From Octopus bimaculoides (lineage: Eukaryota): a stretch of DNA of 64,000 nucleotides. The stretch spans positions 7,532,835 to 7,596,834 of the forward strand of contig NC_068999.1 of assembly GCF_001194135.2 (NCBI RefSeq). Reading direction: 5' to 3'. The position numbers were made by a program, and so were the translations under genes. A model generated the notes under the pieces. The model was not told the DNA's origin. It saw only the letters and a program-made list of their open reading frames with translations, and did no database searches. Below are positions 52,875-64,000 of this stretch, one piece after another. Each line of letters opens with the position of its first letter. The stretch's first letter is position 1.

Positions 52875-53927
52875 TAATAATAATGATAATAATAATAATG
52901 ATAATGATAATAATAATAATCATAAACTCAATAGATTGCTAAATAAATAAGTAGAAAAAGAAAACTTCCTTTCATTTGCACGTCAACGAGTCTTTTGTAA
53001 ATAATTTCTGTGACATCTGTCACAATTATAAAACAGATCTGCGTCAAACAGACATGTATAAAACACAGAATCCGTACATGCGCACACAGAAAAGAAAATA
53101 GGATGTTATTATATTGTTGGTTGTTTAATTTTTGTTAATTTCTTATTGTCCGTTTGTTCGTCTTTCGTCACGTGTCCTGTACGTTAGAAAGTTTTTTTCA
53201 TCGAATCGAGGCGTTAATTTCCGTTTTCGAAGGCACTATTTGCATGATATCATTAACTAGAGTTCTTTTATTTTGTTTATTTTGTTGGTTTGTTGGTTTG
53301 TTCTTCTTGTCTTTCATTCTTCTCATTTGTTCGGCTCGTTTTTAACCCATATACGCAGGCGCCACCACAAACACCAACACAAACACTATCACTTGCAAGT
53401 GAAAGACAATTACACGCAGCACAATCAACATCAGCGTCATCATCACCATCGACATGAACAGCCTCACCGTCATCATTGACGTCATCATCATCCTTATGAT
53501 CATCCTTTTCAGCATCAGCATCATTTTATACATCTTCCTCGTCAACATTGTCACCCCCACCACCATCAGCTTCCCCATTTCCAACACTACGACGACAACG
53601 ACGACGACAACGACGACAACGACGACGACCACCACCACCACCACCATTATCATCACCACAACCACTATCATCGTCTTCATCATTAGCATCATTCTCTACA
53701 TCCTCCGCACTACCACTACCCCTTCTCCTCCCTCTTCCTATTCCTCATCATCTTCTTCTTCTTCTTCTTCTTCTTCTTCTTCTTCTTCTTCTTCTTCTTC
53801 TGCTTCTTCTTTTTCTTCTTCTTCTTTTTCTTCTTCTTCTTCTTCTTCTTCTTCTTCTTCTTCACAACAATAATTCTCATGATAATGATGATGATGATGA
53901 TGATGATGATGACTATCATCATCATCA

Positions 53928-53958
<31 letters not shown>

Positions 53959-54110
53959 AGTCATCATCATCATCATCATCATCATTATCTCCATCACCTT
54001 CCATTATCTTATACCCATTGGTGATCATCAATTGTTCTCCATATATGAAATCACGATTAACATTATTACAAATGTTATTATTATTATTATCATACTTATC
54101 ATTATTATCT
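52730..54110. repeat. Patchwork of trinucleotide microsatellites
   Basis: Successive (ACT),(GAT),(AAT),(ACG/ACC),(TCT),(GAT),(CAT),(CGT),(ATT) runs. Confidence 0.9.
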
Positions 54111-54390
54111 ATTAAAACGTTCATTATCCAATTTGGTTGTTACTCTTTCTCTCAATCCTGCTCGCCTTCGCACTTCCTCATTCCTCATCCTTTCCATCCA
54201 TGTCATACCAGCCATAACCCTCAGGCATCTCATCTCAAACACATCTAGTCGCCTCCTTTCCGCATCTCTCAGCCCCCACCTCTCTGCACCATATAGTACT
54301 GACTGCACAATCACGCCATCATACACAGCTCTTTTCGCTCTCATACTCATCCTTTTGACTCTCAGCATACATTTCACAGAGTGATGAAGG
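54105..54390 (-). mobile_element. RTE-like LINE relic (post-RT C-terminal region)
   Basis: KRAVYDGVIVQSVLYGAERWGLRDAERRRLDVFEMRCLRVMAGMTWMERMRNEEVRRRAG matches the RTE-clade pattern LYGxExW...RL.vFEM.CLR.I.G.......RNE.V. Confidence 0.8.
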
Positions 54391-56287
54391 CAGAAATGGT
54401 AGGCAGCAGAACCAAAAGCAGACCTCGGTTTGTGTGGATGGATGGATGGAGTGAAGAAAGCCTTATTGGTTAGAGAGTGAGAGAAACAAGTGAGTTTATA
54501 AATGATAGGAAAACTTGGAGAGTGTTTGTAGACGGATGAGTGAATTTGATGTTGCTCAAAGAGGTACGGAACCACCATTGGGGGTTGCGTTCTGTGCCTT
54601 AACCCGAGCATAGGACGGGGCTCGCCTCTTTGAGCTGGGAAATCGCAACTTCTTGATACAGTATTTCATCTATCGTGTACAGTTGACTACGAATCTGTAT
54701 TTCTCATTCTTGTGTCTATGAACTTACTCCTCAATTCGTCGGCTATATATAGACTCTTTCACTGTCACTTCTTCATCACCATCCTTATATGTTCTTAACA
54801 CGCATATGTCTATGCCTACATAGAAAATCAAAGAGACAGAGGATCACAATGGTGAACTGCTTCGAAACCTCCAGCTTCTATATCCAGATTTTAAGTTCAT
54901 ACTTATGGCGATCATAATTGATACACTTTACTTTGTGAGTAATTTTCTAAGGTTTTCAGAAAAAGAAATGAAGTAACTAACTGGCTCATCTCTAGGTGCA
55001 ATAAAGAAAAAATATAGTTATGTTCTCCCAAGATTAAAATGTGACTTTTTTTTTGTTATCAATATTCCAACGATGGAGCTTTGTATCTTTGTTAGGAAAC
55101 AGCTCCGTCCTCAGTGAAAGAATGTAAACTTTTAAAAACTGAAGAGTTACTACATATATACGGACATACGTACATACATTAATACATTAATATGAATATA
55201 TACACATATATGTGCATACATATACATGAACACCAACACATACACGGAGAAGCATATTTATGCATATTATGTATAATTATATATATATATATNNNNNNNN
55301 NNNNNNNNNNNNNNNNNNNNNNNNNNNNNNNNNNNNNNNNNNNNNNNNNNNNNNNNNNNNNNNNNNNNNNNNTATATACATATACAGATATATATTTATG
55401 CAGCACATGATGTGAAGTCATTTCTTTTCTAAGATTTCCCGAAATCTCAGTTTTGTTTTGACATATTCTATGTTTTGGGGATTTTTCGTGTGTGACTACA
55501 ACAAAGCTGTCAAAATATAATGTTTTATAAAGCTAACTAGGATAGACATAAAACATATATTTCGGAAAATGCGTAAAAAAATGCTTTTCGAATATTAGCG
55601 TCTGGAGGCATATTCTGAGAAGTAGCACCTGGAATTTAAAAAAATATATATGCTATGATACAAATGATTAGAAATGTTCAACGAAAACGCAATTAGTATT
55701 GATCACCGACAAAATTACTAAACGCCCACTGACCAGTCACTTAAAATATTAGGTATGATTCTCATAGTAGTTGCACTTACCAGTATGTAAATTTCCATAC
55801 ATACATATATACGTAGATACACGCACACACACACACACGCACACATGCACATACACACTTACACACTCACTCACTAACAAACACACACACATACGCAGAT
55901 ATATATATATATATATATATATGCATTGGTATACATACATATGTAAACACATATGTCTCTATACACACATGTATTTTATATATTTATACATATATATACT
56001 TATATTACCTATGCATATATTCATACTAATATAATTGTACGTCCCAATCGATATATATATATATATATATANNNNNNNNNNNNNNNNNNNNNNNNNNNNN
56101 NNNNNNNNNNNNNNNNNNNNNNNNNNNNNNNNNNNNNNNNNNNNNNNNNNNNNNNNNNNNNNNNNNNNNNNNNNNNNNNNNNNNNNNNATTTTACATATA
56201 TACACGTGTGTTTGAATTTAGAGATACATACATATATTATATATAGTATACATATATACATGTGTGTTTGTTTGCGTGTGTGAGTGC

Positions 56288-56356
<69 letters not shown>

Positions 56357-56937
56357 GCACAGAATATTTCGAACGGACACGCATGCAGGATATTTGCAGG
56401 ATAAAAATTTATAGCGGAAATTTTGAAAATCATACATTTTATGAAAGTTGTCATTTTGATGTTTCACGTTCATACGCCGTCACGCCATTATTTCACCGAG
56501 TTAAATATTTCTATAGCGCCACCGATTTCGATCTATAATTAACGTATTTCTAAAAGCGTAACGCACGAAAACATGTTGTGACAAACAAAATAATAACGTA
56601 TAGCTGCGATCAACATTATTATGTAAAAGGATATATTATTATTTTATCAAAATGGAAGAGAGCAATCTAAACAGATTTTAGCGAAATATTCAATTTCGAA
56701 AAGTGATATTTTATATATATATTGATATACAATAACTTGTTTTGCTAACGTAGTTTATTTATATATGATGAAATATAAATATTATAATTGTTTAGAATGT
56801 TATATACAGAAAAATATTTTCTGCATATAATTATTTATAAACTATAAGTTTCTAATGTTATTTATTTATTTACAAAAAATATTATGGGCTTTTATAGTTC
56901 AGCATAAAATATTTATTAAATGATCAAAATTACACGC

Positions 56938-56975
56938 ACGATATCCCACGAACGATATCCCACGAACGATATCCC
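56938..56975. repeat. 14-bp tandem repeat, ~2.7 copies
   Basis: Unit acgatatcccacga. Confidence 0.85.
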
Positions 56976-57181
56976 GCGCACATTTATAAATACAATCGGT
57001 ATTTATCTGCATATGTATTATACAGATTAACGTGGATAAACCATATCGTATTGTGCGTTAACTATGATTGTGGTTATTGTTTTAGCATTTGGTCTCTCTA
57101 TGTATGTATGCATGTGTGCATGCATACATGTACATGTATATGTATGTATGTGTGTATGTATGTATCTATCTACATATATGC

Positions 57182-57233
<52 letters not shown>

Positions 57234-59163
57234 ACGGATACTATTTGATATTTGACATATATATTTAAAAGAAGATGTATAATCTAGATATCTATAAATG
57301 GAGGCGGGGATGAGGTAGAGAAGAGACGTGAGACTTTGAAAAAAAAGTAGAAAAGCCAGAAAAAGATGAAAGGGACGATGATATGTAGGCGGAGAGATCG
57401 ATGCGAAAATAATGAAACAGACAAAGGAAAATATATATATATATATACAGAAATAAAAGACTGTTGAAAATAATATAAGAATGTTATTGTTTCATAACAA
57501 GTGAAAGGACGAATCTAAAAATTATCGTTTATCGTTGTGAAATTTTATGAAGATCCAAGAACTCGCGATAAGTATTCGTATTTTGTTGTGAGAGCAATAG
57601 AGAAATACAAATAGATTTTAAAGGTCTTCTTCTTGAACACCCACCGCCAGTACTTTGTCTTTGTTTACTTGTTACACAAAAACTTTCCCTTTGGATATGT
57701 TTAATTGTTCTGTTGAAAATACATTCAACACTCGAGGCGGGTTGTCTTAACCTCTCTACATGCCGACGCATGTTTTTTTAAAAGGCTTCGATGTGACGAA
57801 CAGAAAAATTAATTTTCTCAGTCCTCTACTTGATTGAATGCTTCTTTGAAAGCCGTTCCAGAGAAACATCCATTGTAGTATAGTAATTGCATTGAGATAT
57901 TAACGTCGTATTCTTTGTCTTGCAAATGAAATAAAGTTTTATCAAATCATAAAATATTTAATTTCTTTTCTTTTTTTTTCTCCATCTTAGCTTTCATTAT
58001 TAAGTCTTCAAGTATTGCGATTTAAGTTGTTAATCAACTGTTTGCTCACACATAATGTAGATTTTTGAAATTTTACCATAAAAAAATCTTTATATTGCAA
58101 AATACATTCATTTCTATCGTTGGCAGCCGTGTGACCATTTTATTTTACGTGGGAGTGTAATTGTACGATGAAGAATATTAAAAAAAAATATTTGATTGAT
58201 AATCAGCTGGGTTTCAGAAAGGTCAAGAATCAGACTCGGATGCGATAAACTACAAGTCAAAGACAATGATACTGGATATTTGAAGATAACCCATCGTGTA
58301 TTCTATAATTTTCCCTTCCGTAAAAAAATCAAAATTAAAATAACGGTTCTTTATTCTGTCTCTCGTGACTAATCCATGAAAACTTCTTCCAGACTCAAGA
58401 ATATAAGATTTATATAGGATATAGTTATTTTCAGATCTCATGAACAAGTATCGATTTGAAATATTCAAATTCTTCCACAACGTGGTAACTTTAATTTTAT
58501 GATTAACTCCGAATTCCGATATCTACAACAATCCAAATATGTACCGTATGCATTCGTGTATAAGCCGTACACCAAATTTACTGTTAAATTTTGATGTAAA
58601 TAATTTTAGCTTTACGTCATGTATAGGTCACACAGCTGTGTTTTCGGTGATAATTACGTATAAAATATCGCGACTTTTGCACGAATAATTACAGTAAGTC
58701 ATGCTTTCAAACAACATAGAGAAATAAAAGTGGGTTGTAATTGGTGATGAGAACAAAAATTCTGCACAAATGATGCTTAATGTTGCAAACAGACGAGTAA
58801 AAGAAGTATCTTTACGGTTTGTTCTCTAAATGGCTCACAAATCTCTCAATAAAAGTCTTAAGAAAGAAAATATATATGGGAAAACATAGTCGTAGATACG
58901 CAACGAAGGAGAGAATATCCTACAATCACGGATGACAATTCTTTGATCATAGAACTGCTCGATTCTGCTGGGGATAAACATCATCATCAACAACAAGAAC
59001 AACAACAACAACAACAACAACAACACTATAAGCAAAATATATACAGTTATTTATGCTCTGTAATTGCGTGTCATTTTGTCATTTTCGATTCTTCAATCAC
59101 AGAAAAATTCTGGGAAAGCGAGAATGATATATCACATTCTCTTAGTGGTATGAAGGGCAAGGG

Positions 59164-59394
59164 CTTGAAATATCGGTTTCTCTCAATCTTTAATGTGAAT
59201 ACGGCAACAGTTTACTCAGATCTCTTCCACGAATTTTTCAGCGATATAAATCTGAAGAGATATTATTAGATATACTTGTGCCAGGAAGAAAATCAACGGT
59301 TTGAAATGTCGGTTTCTTTCCACCCCCACAGAACCTACGGTAGCAGACCACATACACCTCTTGCACAAATTTACTAGTCATATAAATTTAATGA
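59164..59394. repeat. Old diverged tandem duplication (~95 bp, offset 136)
   Basis: Ungapped manual alignment of segments starting at 59164 and 59300 gives about 62 of ~95 identities. Confidence 0.55.
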
Positions 59395-59525
59395 CCATCA
59401 GTTTTTTAAAGGCATTGTCCTACCATGGCCACAGTGGAATGACTGAAAAGAAGTTAAAGATAAAAGATAAAAATAAGCATAAGCATTTCCCGCAAAGCAT
59501 TTCATGTTGAATAAATTTCATCATA

Positions 59526-59657
<132 letters not shown>

Positions 59658-60665
59658 ATGTGTGTGTGTGTGTGTATGTATATATGTATATATAAATGTA
59701 TATATGAAATTCATTTAAAACAATAGGTGTATATTAAGCATATAGTTTATATCTATTTAAAAGAAAATGGAGATAAGGAAGTTAATAATCTTTTTTTTTC
59801 TCATGGTACATAAATATAAATCTAATGTACAAATTTGTTATTAAATCATTAAGTATCATTTGAAACGACTGTAAGAAAGGAAGCCGAGCAATTTGTTAAT
59901 AATAAGCAATTATTTACTTCCTTATCTCCCTATTATTTTCTTCTTTTAAATGGATATAATATATACATGCATGTATAAGTGGCTTCAACACTGCTTCTGT
60001 CTACTAAATTCCTCATTTTCTCGGCTTTAAATTAAAAGTACATGATACTTTATAGGGCGGCGATGTGGGTCTGAGCCCGAAACTACTGTTTGCCAAGCGA
60101 ACTTCTTTGCCACACAGCTTTCTCTGTTTATGTAGCTGTTTTTGGCTAAAAATGCGCTTATGATATAGGAGTTGTTCGAAGCATTTAACGTTACAATGAA
60201 AAATTGGGAAGAAAAGAAGAAAGCACTACTATTCTGATGAATAATTTCAAAAGCAGTGGTAGAATTATCGATACGTTGATGACTATGAACAATATAGGGA
60301 TGCATATGAGGCGAAGATGTCTAAAGTCTTTAATGTTTTACATCTTGTAAATATTGGAAATAAATCTTATTCAGCAACTCTTAAATGACATTAAATGCAT
60401 AAATATTTTACAGAGACCGAAAATTAATAAAAATAATGACACCAGGGATAATAACACGATACATGCTGAGAACGGGTGAGGGTTGAGAAAGAGTGGATGG
60501 AGTTAAGACGATGTGTGATAGGACCCCAGTGGTGTGAGTTGCCTTGAGATGGGTCCCCAGAGGAAATTGATTAGTACGGATCTATAAACGCATATGCTCC
60601 TTGGAAAATTGTATAAATAAATTATTACTTGTGTTAGTGTTATTACAATACATACATACATATAA

Positions 60666-60749
<84 letters not shown>

Positions 60750-61195
60750 GTACGTATATATGTATATATGTATATATATATATATATATATATGTANNNN
60801 NNNNNNNNNNNNNNNNNNNNNNNNNNNNNNNNNNNNNNNNNNNNNNNNNNNNNNNNNNNNNNNNNNNNNNNNNNNNNNNNNNNNNNNNNNNNNNNNNNNN
60901 NNNNNNNNNNNNNNNNNNNNNNNNNNNNNNNNNNNNNNNNNNNNNNNNNNNNNNNNNNNNNNNNNNNNNNNNNNNNNNNNNNNNNNNNNNNNNNNNNNNN
61001 NNNNNNNNNNNNNNNNNNNNNNNNNNNNNNNNNNNNNNNNNNNNNNNNNNNNNNNNNNNNNNNNNNNNNNNNNNNNNNNNNNNNNNNNNNNNNNNNNNNN
61101 NNNNNNNNNNNNNNNNNNNTCAAATAAATATATACGCATTCAAGCAAACACATATACAATTATGGACAGACACAGACACTTGGACAGACAGACAG

Positions 61196-61229
<34 letters not shown>

Positions 61230-61232
61230 GCA

Positions 61233-61283
<51 letters not shown>

Positions 61284-61643
61284 ATTATATACACATTCAA
61301 ACACATACATATATAAATACACACACACACACGTACACACACGCACATATATACTACAAAGCAATACATTTGCCAAATTATCTGGTTGGTTGCCAAAATT
61401 TAATATCTTCATAATAATGTATGCGTTTCTACGCCAACAAATGATAATTTACTTATTGCAGAATATAGTATTTATCGCATGATGTTAATTTATTACTTAT
61501 TTAGTATTATCGTTATTATTGAAGACGGCGCATAATATCCAAAATCATGGTTGTTGATTGAAGATGTGTCCACCAGGGGTTTGTACTGACTGTCAAGTCA
61601 CAGCAAAGACCTCAGAGTGACATCATTGTTGTTGTTGTTGTTG

Positions 61644-61704
<61 letters not shown>

Positions 61705-61705
61705 T

Positions 61706-62262
61706 GAGTGAGAAATCAGTGCATATCATCAAAGTGACACTGGGGTAAAATATGCGAGGCCCATTATACTCACCATGACTACCCGTCTGATAAGGGTACA
61801 CCAGGTACATGCATCACAACCATACGTGCGCGACATAGTGATCTCATATCAAGATAAACAGCGCATGACCTCGCAGGTGGGGGCCCAGTTAGAATTTTCT
61901 CCAGGTCGGGTAGCCCATCCCGCACAAAAGGTCCCTGAATAAGGTTTGTTTAAGGATGTTGAACAAAACACCCCTGTTTCCAAAGGTGAATTATTCAAAC
62001 CCCCAAAGAATTCCTCTCAACACATGGCTATGATGTTCCTCCACTACTTCTGCTCGTGATCAGAGATGCACATATCGTCAGCCACTAAGGGAAAATGCTC
62101 AACTGGTTAAGGTCAAGCAACTGACAAGCAAATCTGTGGTATTGAACAGAATATTTGCTGTAGCCCATCTTTTATACCAAGACAAAACAATGTACATGAT
62201 AACACTTCCAATCAGTTAAGATCAGAAGCCATGAGAGCCACTGCCTGGTTTTGCATCCGGGC

Positions 62263-62266
<4 letters not shown>
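61706..62266. mobile_element. ~560-bp element flanked by (ATT)n on both sides
   Basis: Homologous to 20511-20924; long (ATT)n at 61650-61700 and 62266-62370; no ORF. Confidence 0.85.
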
Positions 62267-62331
<65 letters not shown>

Positions 62332-63023
62332 CATTATTATTGTTATTATTATTATTATTATTATTATTAATATTAGTATATTTTTTGTTTTGCATATCCA
62401 CATCTTCATTGTAGAAGTATCAGCATGGATCATTTAATCCACAGTGTTTAATCAGCTGAGAGATGTCTTACACTGCATACATACTTGTTTAACCTATTAA
62501 ATAGCAATTTGACAAATCAAGTGGTATAACGTCTATTATAATTTTATCCACTTCAAAATAGAAACTCCATGTTTAATGTTGTAATTGTTTGAACGAAATC
62601 TTCAACCTTACAGTTTGTTTTTGATTGTTATTAGTTAAGTATTTTACTGAGAATTGTATTTAAGATTTCTTGTGTTTCTTGTTGCTGTTGTTGTCTTCAT
62701 CAATTAGCACGTTGTAGCGTAAAGAAAATATTACGTTAGTTAGAATAATTGCTCTCAGTTTTTGCCAATAATTCTCGTTAGAAAAAGCACAAATTACACA
62801 CGTACTAGTATTTCTTAAATCTTAGATGAGATAAAAAACTTCTTAACTAATTTACACAGATTTTACGAAACGAAAGAAAATTTAAGAATAATGGTGTAAT
62901 TTGCAGGAATATCTGAAAATTAAAAATTAATTTGCTGAAGTATTTTTTGCCCATAACCATATGTTGTGCGTTCCGACTTTGTTTCAATTGCCGTTCAGAT
63001 AATGTTATTATTAAAGCCGAGAC

Positions 63024-63357
63024 GGTGTTGATTTGACAGAATCGTTGGCATGCCTGACAAAATGCTTAGCGGCATTTTCATACGTTTCTACGTTCTGTGT
63101 TCAAATTCTGCCGAGGTCCATCGGCGGCGAGCTGACAGAATCGTTACCCCGCCGGGCGAAATGCTTAGCGGTATTTCGTCTGCCGCTACGTTCTGAGTTC
63201 AAATTCTGCCGAAGTCGACTTTGCCTTTCATCCTTTCGGAGTCGATTAAATAAGTACCAGTTACGCACTGGGGTCGATATAATCGACTTAATCCATTTGT
63301 CTGTCCTTGTTTGTCCCCTCTGTGTGTATCCCCTTGTGGGCAATAAAGAAATAAGAA
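63024..63357 (+). mobile_element. SINE family A: older head followed by a complete younger copy (tail type 2)
   Basis: 63024-63119 is a diverged head up to the B box; 63123-63357 reads ggcggcgagctgacagaatcgtta...gagttcaaattc...gggcaataaagaaataagaaac. Confidence 0.85.
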
Positions 63358-63923
63358 ACGACTCCATCATTCTATGGGTCCTTCATTTTCTAAGATATTA
63401 ACAGCGTACTTTAAAGAACATCTTGGTACTATTTCTAGCATATCATGCGACCACCAACAACCATCCATCATCTTTATATCATACGCTTTGTTGTCGATTG
63501 CAGTAACGATAACAATGCACATCGCATCAAAAATTCCATTTTATTGCCACCACCAGCTCTCTTTGGTATCTTAGTCTATAGAATTTATAGACCCATGTTT
63601 AAAGACTCTTTACCTCACTCGGATAAAAATATCACTTTATGTCGACTTGTTGTACGGATATAGAGAATGATATGAGAATGTTTGATTGCAAACATTTATC
63701 TCCGTTATGCAAATGTTGGCAAAGGTGATTAATATATATTTTGGGAGACAAAAGAACGGTTTTGACCTGAGTAAACTCGGACGTTTGTTTTGCTATTTAC
63801 AGCGGGATGACTTATTATCAAAGTTCTTGACATTAACATGCATCATGTATATGAAGCGCCCTGACACGTATAGAAAACAGATCAGATATACACGCATATA
63901 GAGATTAAAACATGTACCTACAC

Positions 63924-63979
<56 letters not shown>

Positions 63980-64000
63980 GTATGTGTGTGTATGGCTGGA

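Noticed and set aside
53342-54124. Thr/Ser-rich mucin-like and poly-Glu/Lys ORFs
   Set aside because: Entirely explained by stop-free triplet repeats.
58250-58523. ~90-codon minus-strand open frame (GLVTRDRIKNRYFNFDFF)
   Set aside because: Open frames of this length are expected by chance in 64 kb, and there is no strong donor; worth revisiting only if RNA-seq supports it.

Overview
AT-rich eukaryotic scaffold window with many N-gaps, most of them flanked by (TA)n/(CA)n microsatellites. The repeat landscape looks like a coleoid cephalopod (octopus) genome; this is inference from remembered repeat motifs, not a database result. Most supplied ORFs are microsatellite or N-run artefacts. What the sequence supports: (i) a probable minus-strand multi-exon gene of unknown identity, with a terminal exon at 6216-6565 and phase-compatible hydrophobic exons at 39.8, 31.9 and 27.7 kb; (ii) three tRNA-headed SINE families, often tandem, nested or with swapped modules; (iii) mariner and pogo/Tigger-type relics and MITEs; (iv) Penelope-like (PLE) RT and endonuclease-region relics and an RTE-like LINE relic; (v) a ~560-bp element embedded in (ATT)n; (vi) several minisatellites. 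The most interesting signal is a set of minimal type I hammerhead ribozyme motifs in at least four unrelated short repeat families: one with a complete core next to a PLE RT relic (591-638), a young family with a shared A6U core change arranged as a ~98%-identical inverted pair, and one inside a terminally redundant ~330-bp retrozyme-like unit.
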